A DNA stretch of 64,000 nucleotides from an uncultured Planctomycetaceae bacterium (GCA_963815195.1 CAWFGE010000012.1:1056001-1120000); one strand, 5' to 3'; positions 13,139 to 23,331 are shown, numbered from the stretch's first letter. Notes: generated by a model not told the origin, from the sequence alone. Program-made: numbers and translations.

Positions 13139-13765
13139 ATGAGCCAGCCGACTGTTTACATTGTGGATGATGACGACGACCTGCGGGAGTCGCTCGAATG
13201 CCTGCTCAAAGCGTCGGGCTACAAAGTCCGCGCGTGCTCATCCGCGGCGGCTTTTTTGAAGGCGTGGACGCCCGGCATGATCGGCTGTGTCATTGTGGAT
13301 CATCAAATGCCCGGCCTGACGGGACTGGACTTGCTCGAACGTCTGCGCGCCGCGGATGAGGACGCTCTGCCGGCGATCATTATGACCGCCTATGCCGACG
13401 TTCCCACCGCCGTCGCCGCGATGAAAACCGGGGCCATCGACTTTTTGGAGAAACCTTTTGATCGGAAAGATCTCTTCGCCAAAGTCGAGACGGCGCTCCA
13501 GCGAGACCTCGAACGACAGCGACACAAAGAGCAGCGGGAGCAACTTCTGCGAAAGTTCGAGCGGCTCTCGGCCCGCGAACGGGAGACGTTGGATCTTTTA
13601 AGAGAAGGATTGCCCAATAAAGCGATCGCTTCTCAACTACACATCACCGAACGCGCCGTGGAGATGCGGCGGGCGAAGATCATGGAAAAGCTGGAAGCCC
13701 GCTCGATCGCCAGGCTCTACGAAGACTTCGCCCGCTATCGTCTTTTGACGACCGGCCAGGATTGA
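13139..13765 (+). CDS. FixJ/LuxR-family response regulator
   Basis: VYIVDDD, DHQMPG, DFLEKP; HTH LSARERETL..NKAIA. Confidence 0.9.
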   Translation: MSQPTVYIVDDDDDLRESLECLLKASGYKVRACSSAAAFLKAWTPGMIGCVIVDHQMPGLTGLDLLERLRAADEDALPAIIMTAYADVPTAVAAMKTGAIDFLEKPFDRKDLFAKVETALQRDLERQRHKEQREQLLRKFERLSARERETLDLLREGLPNKAIASQLHITERAVEMRRAKIMEKLEARSIARLYEDFARYRLLTTGQD

Positions 13766-13775
13766 ACGCGAAAAA

Positions 13776-13804
13776 CCTGAGCGGTAGGCGCTAGCCTCCG
13801 GCGG
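13776..13804. repeat. REP-like copy (GCTAGC family)
   Basis: CCTGAGCGGTAGGCGCTAGCCTCCGGCGG matches the third tandem unit near 9798. Confidence 0.8.
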
Positions 13805-13827
13805 CTGGCCCCTTTGATGCGACCTTC

Positions 13828-13866
13828 AAAAAAAGCCGGCGAGGTTTTTTATGATTCCTCGCCGGC
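13828..13866 (-). terminator. Intrinsic terminator of porin gene
   Basis: GCCGGCGAGG/CCTCGCCGGC stem followed by T7 on the minus strand. Confidence 0.65.
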
Positions 13867-13891
13867 CCCTTCGGTGAGTGATTCTTCTTCA

Positions 13892-15478
13892 TCAGAAATC
13901 GATTTGAGAACGCAGCGCGAAGATGTTCGCCGTGGAGCGTCCGAGGGTGGGATCGGTCAACCAGGGGCGGATGTAGTTGAACTGCATTTTCGTGTAGCCG
14001 TTGATGTACCAGCTGAGGCCGATCGTCAAATCGTTGAGCAGCCGGCCCGGTCCGGGTTGATTGACGCCGTTGAGGTCGATGTAGGAATAGCGGGCGGCGA
14101 GTTCCCAGGCCCCGATGCCGCCGGTCGCAAAGCTCACGTTCTGGTTGGGAACCACGCGGCCGAAGATGCCCCCTTTCTTGTTATAAGGCAGGCGTTCGCC
14201 GGTGAGAATCCAGCGGGCTTGGGCATAGGCTCCGGGATAAGTGTTGCTGCCGCCGTTGAGCAGATTCACGGTGGACCAGTAGGCTTCGGATTGAAAATAC
14301 AAAGGCCCATAGGCGGCAGCGCCTTCAAGACCCCACAGGCTTTGGTTTTTCGTGCGAACTGCGCCGGTGTCCACGAAGGGCGGAGTCGAAGGCGGCGTGC
14401 CGGGCAGGATGGGATTGCCCGCATTTTCACCCACGAAGATTTCCGGCTGGTTTTGGAATCGGAGGAGATCATTCGCGGGATCGTTGAAGCTGTAATCGAC
14501 GCCGACATGGATCAACTGCTCGCCGTCGTTGGCGTAATACGGAAGGGCGGTGACGCGGCCCGCCATGCCCCAACCGCCGTTGTCGCCGATGGTGTTGCCG
14601 AACCCAGTCGAGGGATAACGGTAAGCCGAAATCGCCCACGTCAGATTGTCGTCGAATGCGGTGTTGTACGCCCCGATCCCCGATTGCCGGAAGGGAACGA
14701 AGGCAAACGGCGTGGCCCGTTCCAGAAATGGAAGTTCGCGAACGCTGGTTAAAGCGGACATCCCGAACGGTTGACGCCAACGGCCGACGCGAATGTTGCC
14801 CAAGACCGGAACGCTGGCAAAGTTCATCCACACATCGACGAACCGCGCCTGGCTCGCGGCGAAATCGAACTCCATGATGTAGCTGGTGTTTTTGGTCACG
14901 TTGCCCTTCGCCGCCAGACGAGCCCGGCGAAAGTCGATGCCGTCCTGCACATCCCCGACCGTCGCCCGGTTATTGGGGCTTTGGTCGAACCAGACGGAGT
15001 CCATTTGGAAGAATCCCGTCAATAAGGGAATGGTCGGGTATTTCTTCTCATCCTTGGGGATCACGCAGTCAACGCTCGTCGGCTGGTAGGTGATCGGAGC
15101 CGGCGACGAAGGAGTAGGCGTGGCGGGATTGGGATCGAGGTTCGGTTTTTCGCCCGGCATCGGCGGGACCTGGACCGGCTTCACATCGGCCTGAGCCGTG
15201 CGCTGGACTTTCATCCGGTTCACTTCCGAAATCAGAGCCTGGTTCGTCGCTTCCAACTGATCCAACCGCAGCAACAGATCGCTCATCGACGGGGAGGTCG
15301 GTTGTGTGCTGATCGGAAGTGAATTGATCGGCTCCGAACGAATCGGCTCTGTCGAGCGGTTCTGCGATAGCGGCTGAGGAATCTGGGCACTCAGGTCCGC
15401 GCGGGTCCCCAGCCCCGAAATCCCCGCAATCAAAAAGGCGAACGTCCACCAAATCCATTTTCGTTTCTGTGGCACCAT
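13892..15478 (-). CDS. OprO/OprP family anion-selective porin
   Basis: Signal peptide; DGIDFRRARL, LPFLER, GAYAQ..LTGE, GAWELAARYS; C-terminal Phe. Confidence 0.88.
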   Translation of the reverse strand: MVPQKRKWIWWTFAFLIAGISGLGTRADLSAQIPQPLSQNRSTEPIRSEPINSLPISTQPTSPSMSDLLLRLDQLEATNQALISEVNRMKVQRTAQADVKPVQVPPMPGEKPNLDPNPATPTPSSPAPITYQPTSVDCVIPKDEKKYPTIPLLTGFFQMDSVWFDQSPNNRATVGDVQDGIDFRRARLAAKGNVTKNTSYIMEFDFAASQARFVDVWMNFASVPVLGNIRVGRWRQPFGMSALTSVRELPFLERATPFAFVPFRQSGIGAYNTAFDDNLTWAISAYRYPSTGFGNTIGDNGGWGMAGRVTALPYYANDGEQLIHVGVDYSFNDPANDLLRFQNQPEIFVGENAGNPILPGTPPSTPPFVDTGAVRTKNQSLWGLEGAAAYGPLYFQSEAYWSTVNLLNGGSNTYPGAYAQARWILTGERLPYNKKGGIFGRVVPNQNVSFATGGIGAWELAARYSYIDLNGVNQPGPGRLLNDLTIGLSWYINGYTKMQFNYIRPWLTDPTLGRSTANIFALRSQIDF

Positions 15479-15555
15479 GAACCCACCTCAATTGCCAAAC
15501 TGGAGGAAACGCATCGGGCCGATTTGTGCGGGTTCGTCACGATTCGTAAATCGAG

Positions 15556-15572
15556 CGCGAGGCACAAGCCAG
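15556..15572 (-). promoter_or_regulatory. Candidate sigma54 -24/-12 promoter for the porin
   Basis: Minus strand CTGGCTTGTGCCTCGCG has GG-N10-GC spacing. Confidence 0.4.
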
Positions 15573-15637
15573 CTTTTCCAATTCAATCGGCAATTCCGGA
15601 AGATCCGAATGAAGCGAGTTTAACGGTTTTAACGATT

Positions 15638-15653
15638 CGCAAGGATTTGCAGA
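15638..15653. promoter_or_regulatory. Candidate activator (bEBP) binding site
   Basis: CGCAAGGATTTGCAGA matches CGCAAGATATTGCAGA upstream of sbtA. Confidence 0.45.
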
Positions 15654-15758
15654 TTCTCCCTAAAAACCCGCCTGGGAGATTTGGCGAAACTATGAAAAAT
15701 GCAGCCTGCCACTGGTCCGGGTAAAACGCGGGCTTGAGAAAGGTTGCGTTGCCCTGGT

Positions 15759-17117
15759 TCAATACAACTCGTAGCGGTTCATTTTGTAGTGCAGCGTCCG
15801 CACGCTGATGTCGAGGAGTTTGGCGGTCCGCTCGCGGTGATGGTCGCACTCCATGAGCGCGGCTTGAATCGCCGCCATCTCCGCTTGTTCGACCGCGGCG
15901 GCCAGCGTCTTCGAAGACTTGCCGGACCTGCGGGCGTGGATTTCCAAAGGGACCATGTCCGCCGAGATCTCATCCCCCCGCGTGGTCACGCTGAGCCGTT
16001 CGATAAGATTCCGCAGTTGGCGGATGTTGCCCGGCCATTCGTAATTCTGCAGCACCTCGAGGGCTTCGGGGGAGAGCGTCGTGACGGGCCGGCGGTAGCG
16101 GTTTGCAAACATCTTCAGAAAATGATCGACGAGCAGCGGGATGTCGTCCCGTCGTTGGCGGAGTGGCGGAACATCTACGGGCACCACGTTGAGGCGGTAG
16201 TACAAGTCTTCGCGAAACTTGCCCTCGCGAACCAGGCCGTCCATTTCCCGATTGGTGGCGGCGACAATGCGGGCGTCGGTCGACATCGTCTTTTCGCCGC
16301 CGAGCCGCATGAACTCCCGCGTCTCCAAAACCCGCAAGAGATCCACCTGGCTTTTGGGGGACATCTCGGTGACTTCATCCAGAAACAACGTGCCGCCGTT
16401 CGCCAGTTCAAAGCAGCCGGGCTTCTGGCGGGCGGCCCCGCTGAAGGCGCCTTTTTCGTAGCCGAACAACTCGCTCTCCAAGAGCGTTTCGGGCAAGGCC
16501 CCCAGGTTGATGGGCACGAAGCGATTCTCCGAGCGGGGGCTGAGATCGTGGATGGCCCGCGCGATCAACTCTTTGCCCGTGCCGCTTTCGCCGCGGATGA
16601 AGACGGTCGCATCGGTGGCGGCGACCTGGCGAACCAGCCGGAACAGCGCCTGCATCTCCTGGCTGGAGGCCACCATCCCGGCGACTTCGCCGGCCTCGGC
16701 GAGACGTTCCTTCAGCGCGCGGTTTTCCACGAGCAGTTGATGCCGGTCTTTGGCCTTCTGGGCAAACAGGCGGATCACGTTCAAATCGACGGGTTTGGTG
16801 ATGAAGTCGAAGGCCCCCCGCCGCATGGCTTCCACGGCGGACTCGACCGACCCGTGGGCCGTGATGACGATCACCGTCGTCTGCGGATGCCGCTCTTTGG
16901 CCAAGGTCACCAAATCCAAGCCGGAAATCTCGCCGGGCAGCCGCAAGTCCGCGATCACCAACGGAAAGCTCTCGTTTTCCAGCTGCGCGACCGCCTGGCG
17001 GCCGTCAGCGGCCGTCACGATTTCCGTGCCCGCCCCCGCCAATCCGCGGGCCAGCCCCGAGCGGATGTTCGGCTCGTCGTCCACAATCAAAATGCGAAAC
17101 GGTTCAGATTCACCCAC
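15759..17117 (-). CDS. Sigma54-dependent response regulator (NtrC/AtoC family)
   Basis: REC domain; GESGTGKE; GAFSGA variant of GAFTGA; WPGNIRQLRN; Fis-type HTH. Confidence 0.93.
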   Translation of the reverse strand: MGESEPFRILIVDDEPNIRSGLARGLAGAGTEIVTAADGRQAVAQLENESFPLVIADLRLPGEISGLDLVTLAKERHPQTTVIVITAHGSVESAVEAMRRGAFDFITKPVDLNVIRLFAQKAKDRHQLLVENRALKERLAEAGEVAGMVASSQEMQALFRLVRQVAATDATVFIRGESGTGKELIARAIHDLSPRSENRFVPINLGALPETLLESELFGYEKGAFSGAARQKPGCFELANGGTLFLDEVTEMSPKSQVDLLRVLETREFMRLGGEKTMSTDARIVAATNREMDGLVREGKFREDLYYRLNVVPVDVPPLRQRRDDIPLLVDHFLKMFANRYRRPVTTLSPEALEVLQNYEWPGNIRQLRNLIERLSVTTRGDEISADMVPLEIHARRSGKSSKTLAAAVEQAEMAAIQAALMECDHHRERTAKLLDISVRTLHYKMNRYELY

Positions 17118-18528
17118 GATGATGGAACCTCTTTCTTGTCCGCAGTTTTTCGGTTAACGGGGAACGGGGAACGACCAGGCGAAAGGTCGTGCCCCGGCCC
17201 GAGGTTTCAAACGAAATCGTCCCCTCGTGCTGCCGCACGATCTTTTCACAAATCGCCAGCCCCAATCCCGATCCGTGATTCTTCGTTGTGAAGTACGGAT
17301 CAAACAATTTGTCGCGAATCGATTCCGGGATTCCGGTTCCCGTGTCGGAAACGGAAATCCGCATGTTGTCATCGTCGGCTTCGCACCTTAGCGTGAGCGC
17401 ATCCCCGCGGCTCATGGCTTCGAGGGCGTTGAGGATCAGGTTGATGAGCACTTGCTCGATTTTCACCGAGTCCACATGGACCAAAAGATCGGGCGGGGTC
17501 TCGATTTCCATGTTGAGGGGAATCCCCTTCGAGTGGATATGCGGCTTGAGCAGCCCCACGACTTTGTCCACCAGCCCGGCGAGCGAAATCGGTTGCCGAT
17601 CCAGTTTGTCGATCGCGGCGAACTCCCGAAACCCGTCGAGCACCTTCGTCATCCGGCGGACTTCCGACAGTAAAATCTTGATGGTTTCATCCGTTTCCGG
17701 GACGGGAACGTGTTCCAACTGCTCTTTAAGGAGCTGAACGTGCAGGACCAAGGCACTTAACGGATTTTTGATTTCATGGGCGAGGCCCGCGGCGACGGCT
17801 CCCAGGCCGGCAAACCGCTCCATCCGCCGCATGCGTTCTTCCAGCAAACTTTGTTCCGTGATGTCGGTGACGTGCAAAACCGTGCCGATCGTCGCCCCCC
17901 GCTCGTTCTTCAGCAAATGCCCGTGCGACAACAAGCGGAGCGTCTGCCCGTTGACGCTGAAGGGAAATGCCCGGTCGCGGATATTCTCCCCCAACCGCTG
18001 GATGGCTTCGTCCAATTCGACGAGCGGCTTCAAAGCGGTCGACAGCTGCGACAATCGGACCTGCAGCTCTTCATCGCGGATGCCCAGCATCTCCCGGCCC
18101 TTGGGATTGATCCCGTTGATGAACCCGTGCGTGTCCAGGGTGATCACCGCGTGGTCCATGCTGGCGAGAATGTTCCCGGCCAATTCTTTCACGCTGCGGA
18201 GAGTCCGCTGAGAGAGGAGATAGGCCCGGCTCAACGCGACCACCGCCAGGCCCGTGCCCACGATGTTCAGCAGCACCACCGCCGTCAGTCCGTATTGCCA
18301 GCGCAGTTCCGAGGTAATCTCCAATGTGGAACTGGCCAGGTCGTCGGACTCCCGGCGAAGCTCCGCCAGCAGGTCGGCGAACACGACCTGCTCTTTGCGG
18401 ACCTCAATCATAATCCAGACCGTGATGGCCGAGGCCAAGAGGTTCGCCACCAGCAATCCAAAGATGATCACCCGCACGAGGCGGGAATCGTCGCGCTGCT
18501 GAACTTGGAACATCATTCCGTCCCTCAA
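17110..18528 (-). CDS. Membrane PAS sensor histidine kinase
   Basis: Two TM helices, PAS-like region, LAHEIKNPL, NLILNA, GSGLGL. Confidence 0.9.
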   Translation of the reverse strand: MRDGMMFQVQQRDDSRLVRVIIFGLLVANLLASAITVWIMIEVRKEQVVFADLLAELRRESDDLASSTLEITSELRWQYGLTAVVLLNIVGTGLAVVALSRAYLLSQRTLRSVKELAGNILASMDHAVITLDTHGFINGINPKGREMLGIRDEELQVRLSQLSTALKPLVELDEAIQRLGENIRDRAFPFSVNGQTLRLLSHGHLLKNERGATIGTVLHVTDITEQSLLEERMRRMERFAGLGAVAAGLAHEIKNPLSALVLHVQLLKEQLEHVPVPETDETIKILLSEVRRMTKVLDGFREFAAIDKLDRQPISLAGLVDKVVGLLKPHIHSKGIPLNMEIETPPDLLVHVDSVKIEQVLINLILNALEAMSRGDALTLRCEADDDNMRISVSDTGTGIPESIRDKLFDPYFTTKNHGSGLGLAICEKIVRQHEGTISFETSGRGTTFRLVVPRSPLTEKLRTRKRFHHRG

Positions 18529-18683
18529 CGGTGGAAACTTTCAGATATTCCATTTTTAGGCATTTCCGGCGGCAAAACAAATGGAGACGCATGCATGCGA
18601 GGGCCAACAACACAAAAAGGAACGGCGTCTCGCGGGGGCGAGCCGACCGTCCCTTTCGTGGAGAATCTTTGCCGGGAGGTAAT

Positions 18684-19015
18684 TTAGCTTGACTTGGTGT
18701 CGGGCGCAGGAGGAATTTCTCCGGATCCGCGACTTCCACCGTTTCGATGTAAGCCGAGCGCGGATGGGAGGCGAATTCGGGGCCTTCCAAGAGCGTGACG
18801 ATTTGTTCGACGATTTTGCGGGAGGCGACGACTTCGACCTGGATCTGCGTGGCCCCCATGAAAGGCTCGTTTTGAATCGTCCGATGCCCTTCGCCAAAAC
18901 AAGCCAGGCAGGTGTAGCCCGTCGCCCCCAATTCGGTGATGGCCTTCAAAACCCGCTGCTCGATGGCGGTGTCAATGATGAGGACGGCTTTGAAAAGACG
19001 CGTGGTTTCTAACAT
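18684..19015 (-). CDS. sbtB: SbtB, P-II-like regulator
   Basis: LGATGYT..GEG, IQVEVVA, VEVADPEKF; follows sbtA; true stop probably 18684 via a frameshift (ORF track reads on to 18404). Confidence 0.75.
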
Positions 19016-19091
19016 GGAAGAGCTTCCTCTACGAAAGGTCTTTTGACGGAAAGGTTCGTTTTGACGAAATTACGGGGCCGAGGAACGGACT

Positions 19092-19120
19092 GAGCGTTCC
19101 CCCCCGTTGAAGGGAACGCT
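19092..19120. other. Hairpin between sbtA and sbtB
   Basis: GAGCGTTCCC...GGGAACGCTC. Confidence 0.5.
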
Positions 19121-19132
19121 CGCTCGTTTCCG

Positions 19133-20704
19133 TTACCCCACGGGAACCGCCTTCATTAAGCTTTCCGCGATCATGATATACACGGGAATGCCAATGGTGA
19201 CGTTATAGGAGAACGTCAACCCCAGGGACGCCGCGAGCGGCAAGGTCGGACTGGCCTCGGGAATCGCGAGCCGTTGGACGGCGGGCACGGCGATGTACGA
19301 CGCGGCCGCGCAGAGCACGGCGAACAGGGCGTACGTTCCGATGTCAAACGGATGCCCCAGCATCATGGAATACGCGTGCACAATGCAGATTCCGAACACC
19401 GCAAAGATGTTGGGAGCCACCAAACCGAACACGATGAACCGCCAGCCCGCCGTGCGGAGGTCTTTGAGCCGGAGACAGGCCGTGATGCCCATTTCCAAAA
19501 GGAACAAGCACAGCATGCCGTGGAAGATGGTCACGAAAAGTTTGTCGTCTTTGCTGGTGACTTTATTCTTCGACCAGATTGTGAAGAGGGTTCTGCGGTC
19601 TTCCCGGATACGGCCGGACTCGTCCACGCCCTTCTGCTCCCTGGCCCAGTCCTTCTTTTGGTCCGTATTCAAGACGGCCGTCACCTCCTCGGAAAGCTCT
19701 TTCTCCTCGGCCTCCGACTCGGGATTGGGATTCTCCGCCAAAATGCCGGAAATCTTCTCGCGTTGCTCCGAATTGAGCTTCAATTTGTCGGCCATTTCAG
19801 GGCGGGTGATCGCATCGAGCGGCAGCGCTTGCACGATCACTTCGCTTTCCTCCAGGGTCGGACGGGTCTCCCCTTGCAGCCCGCCGATGAAACCGATGAG
19901 GATCCCGCCGAACAGGAGATACAGGCCCGGGTTAAAGAAAATCTCGTGCAGCATCGCGGCGCTGAGAACGCTGCGGGAATCTTCCTGTGCATGATCGTGG
20001 CCCCCCGATTCCGACCGGTTATGATGGACCGTCGAGCCATGGTCGTGCATGGTGGAAGAATCTTGGGATTTGGTCTTCACCGCCGTGCCACCTTCCTGCT
20101 TGGAAGCGGCGTGGCCTTCTTTGCCATAGCCCGACTCTTCGTAACCCGAAGCGTCGCCCAATTCGGCCAAGCTTTCGTCGTAGCCTTCTTCGTAAGGCAT
20201 ATAGCCCGCCGAGTTCAAACCTTGCCGACGCAAACGCGAGACCAGATACAACGCCACCAAACAGCCGGGAATCTCCATCACGGCCAGTAACACCGGCATG
20301 TACGCGGCATACAACAACCCTTGGGCGATCAACACGCCCAGACAGGTCACGAAGGTCCCGGCGGAGTCGGAACCATAGAAGCCCGCAACGGTTGCGGCGT
20401 CGACTTGCTTCAGGGTCGTGCCCTTTCGCAGCATTTGGTAGGCCACGATCCCGATGAAGAAGTTGGTGAAAAAGCCAATCACCATGAATCCGCCCGCTTC
20501 GGCAAACTCTCGGGCGCTCAATCCCGCCAATTCTTCCCCCCCATGCCAGCCAATGGCGACCAGCAGATAAATGGTCAAGCCTTGGTAGAGCACCTTGGGA
20601 AACTCAAAAGGCACTTTGAAGAGAGGGATGAGAAACCCCATGTAAAAGAACAACAGCAAAGGCTGGAAGAGGTTGTGAATGACATTGTGAACAAATGATT
20701 CCAT
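19133..20704 (-). CDS. sbtA: SbtA sodium-dependent bicarbonate transporter with two large insertions
   Basis: YLLVAIGWHGG, YGSDSAGTF, MEIPG, FLLEMG, ASYIAVPA, SLGLTFSYN; ATG 20704. Confidence 0.88.
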   Translation of the reverse strand: MESFVHNVIHNLFQPLLLFFYMGFLIPLFKVPFEFPKVLYQGLTIYLLVAIGWHGGEELAGLSAREFAEAGGFMVIGFFTNFFIGIVAYQMLRKGTTLKQVDAATVAGFYGSDSAGTFVTCLGVLIAQGLLYAAYMPVLLAVMEIPGCLVALYLVSRLRRQGLNSAGYMPYEEGYDESLAELGDASGYEESGYGKEGHAASKQEGGTAVKTKSQDSSTMHDHGSTVHHNRSESGGHDHAQEDSRSVLSAAMLHEIFFNPGLYLLFGGILIGFIGGLQGETRPTLEESEVIVQALPLDAITRPEMADKLKLNSEQREKISGILAENPNPESEAEEKELSEEVTAVLNTDQKKDWAREQKGVDESGRIREDRRTLFTIWSKNKVTSKDDKLFVTIFHGMLCLFLLEMGITACLRLKDLRTAGWRFIVFGLVAPNIFAVFGICIVHAYSMMLGHPFDIGTYALFAVLCAAASYIAVPAVQRLAIPEASPTLPLAASLGLTFSYNVTIGIPVYIMIAESLMKAVPVG

Positions 20705-20814
20705 GTGTAATTCCCGTGGGATAAGAGGTCCGCCAGAGTTGAAGTCGGTCGAAAGATCTTTAGTCTTTCGGGAGCAGGAAAAGGGATGTGGAGAATTGAC
20801 GCAAGGTATAGAAA

Positions 20815-20831
20815 AGCAAAGGCGATACCAA
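20815..20831 (-). promoter_or_regulatory. Sigma54 -24/-12 promoter for sbtAB
   Basis: Minus strand TTGGTATCGCCTTTGCT is near consensus TGGYAY-N5-TTGC. Confidence 0.7.
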
Positions 20832-20948
20832 ATTCCGGACTCCCTTGGAATTTCTACCAAACGGCTCGTGTTATCCGTCGCAATCTGAAGTTTTACTGGG
20901 TAATCCACATTTCTTCCCTCAGATTATTTCCGAGGGTGCCCATGTTTT

Positions 20949-20987
20949 TCTGCAAAAACCTGCGCGCTTAGCGCAAGATATTGCAGA
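20949..20987. promoter_or_regulatory. Dyad enhancer-like (UAS) site upstream of the sbtA promoter
   Basis: TCTGCAAAAACCTGCGC-GCTTA-GCGCAAGATATTGCAGA inverted pair about 120 bp upstream of the sigma54 site. Confidence 0.55.
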
Positions 20988-21147
20988 CCATCGAGTCGCG
21001 AACGATATACACAAGTTTCATGCAGCCGTCGGTTCCCGTTGGATGAATCGGAAACATGTGCGGTATCGGCGGGGAATCGTGAAGTGGCGATCGCGCGGCC
21101 GATATTTCCTTGACGGTCTTTCACCAGGACCAAGCCAGCGGATGAGA

Positions 21148-23067
21148 TTACGGTGAATTTGTTTTCGGGGAGGATTGGGCAGCCGGTTCAGAGAGGAGCA
21201 GATCGTCGATCAGCAGCTCCGCCGCCCTTTGGCAGGTTGAAGTGAATCTCGTCGATGGATTTCAATTTGCCGGTGGCCGTCTCCATCGCCATTTGTGACC
21301 AGGCGTTTCGCGTCAGGTTTTTGAGATCGGCGGAAAGGCCTTGGCCGGTTTTCGTGTCGAACAGCTTCAACTTTAAGGCATCACCGCCGGTCAAACGGTA
21401 GCGGAAGGACAACTGCGTCCGCTCGCCCAGAGTTCGCGGGCCGCGCAAGTGCAGCCGAATCCAAGGGATGCCGGTTTTGGGATGGGGAACCGACTGGGCT
21501 GCCCGCCAGAAGTTGCCCGCGTCGGGAATAATCTTGAAATCGCCCGGCCACTGCTCGCCTTCTTTGCCGGTGTCGAAGTGGCCGGTGAACAGGATCCGCT
21601 TCGGAAACGGCCGGTGTTCGCTGTTCGCCCCGGCGTCGTAAAGCACGATGTCGTCGATCACGACCTCCGCATCGGGATCGACGTAAAACTGAATGTCGTC
21701 GATCCGCTCGTTCTCGCTGAGCGGACCGCCGGTCCCGTCCGGCCGGCGGGCTTCGGTCATGTCCACCGTTGCGGTCTGCCAGGTTTCTTGCGGAAGATCT
21801 TTCACCACCAACTGCCGATGATAGCCGTTGGACAGGCTGTAGATCTGCACGCGGAGCGTATCGGTCCCCTTGAGCCAATACCTGAACCGCAGCCGGGTGT
21901 TTTTTCCCATCGCCGGCCCCGGCACGGGATTGAAAATCACGGCCGAGTCCATCTGCCGCGAGGGCATCAACAGGCGCGTCGAAGTCGTGGGTCAACACGC
22001 CCCGGCACGCCCTCAGGCTCCCGGCCGGGCGGAGTTTGGTTTCCGGTTTGCCGCTCATCCACCAGAATCGCTCGATGTCGGTGTCGAAATCCTCGGCCAC
22101 GTGGACGCGGAGCGGCATCCGGTCGTCCTCGATCAGCAGGCTCGGCTTGTCCGCGGGGGCGACGAGCGACGACATCCGTTTGACGTACCACGTCACAAAT
22201 TCATCCGCCCTGACCGAAGTCACGAGTTTCGCCTGCGAAGCGGAGTCGGCCGCGACAAGATTGCCTTTCTCGTCCACGGCGAGCGAGCGTTTTTTACTTT
22301 TCACGAATCGCTCATCAAAACACATCGCGATCGCCAGGGCATCACAAAGCGGCGGCTGCTGCCGGTCCCACATTTGATACAGCGTTTGAATCTGCCGGCT
22401 CAATGGCGTTCCGGGCTTAAAGACTCGATTCACGTCCGTTTCATTGAGGACAAGATTCCGGCCGGCGTCCTTGGCGATGACAACGACAGGAACCTTCGCG
22501 GCAAACACGTTCCGCGCGGCTTCGATGTCGTACGCGATATTCGATTCCAACAGGACGATCGAACGCACCAGGTCCGCCGCGTCCTCGTGTGTTTCCAACA
22601 GCCGGGCGATGTTCGTCAGCGGTCCGAGGGCGACCAGCGAAACTTTTTCCGGCTGCTGTTTCAGACGGTCGTACAAAAACGAGGCGGCCGGCATTTTTTC
22701 GGGCTTGGTCGTCCGGTCGAAGAGCGGATCGGGATGGTAGTAATACTTCGATTGATCGGTGATCGGCCGCGGCGGTTGGGGCTTGGCTCCCTCGGCGACC
22801 CGCGTGTGCTTCCGCCCGGTCGCCGTGAGAAATCGGCACATCATCATGGCCCGGTTGTGGGTATTGTCGCCGACCGTCGTCACGCCGCGAACGTCCAGTT
22901 CCTCGCTGCCGAACGCCAGTCCCAGCGCGAAAGCATCCTCGATGCCGGTGCCGATGTCCGTATCGATCAGGATCGGCACACGCTCCGCCGGCTCCGCGAT
23001 TGCGGGGGCGAAAAGAAGTCCCAAAAGAAGCAGAGCGCAAAAAAACGCGAATCAGTTTGAGGGTCAT
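21148..23067 (-). CDS. Secreted nucleoside-hydrolase-like protein with C-terminal beta-rich domains (several frameshifts)
   Basis: ILIDTDIG..EDAFAL, LVALGPLTNIA; merged ORFs 21381..23024 and 21188..21970; signal peptide. Confidence 0.65.
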
Positions 23068-23331
23068 CGTGTCTCCCGCAGGCTCCTTTGATTTGGCTGG
23101 GCTCATATATCAACGTTATCTTATGCGATCGCCGGCTCAATTGCCACGCATGGGTTGTGGAATTCCTCGGCTCGATCGGGATCCGCCGGCTTCTGGCTGG
23201 GCGAATCCCGCCGAATTCTCAGAAGTTCGCGTTCCCCCGCTAAACCGACTTTCAAATCCTCCTTTGCCAATCCACAATAAAGAGACAATCCTATTCTCTC
23301 CCATTGATTTGCAGCTTTGACGAACGCCCTC

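Noticed and set aside
15744..17291. Long opposite-strand ORFs (e.g. 15744..17291, 38161..40023, 44569..46050, 48676..50199, 61460..63100)
   Set aside because: Antisense shadows of well-supported genes in GC-rich DNA, with no motifs of their own
18404..18683. C-terminal extension of SbtB to 203 aa
   Set aside because: Overlaps the kinase gene and looks non-coding; a frameshift after EKF is more likely
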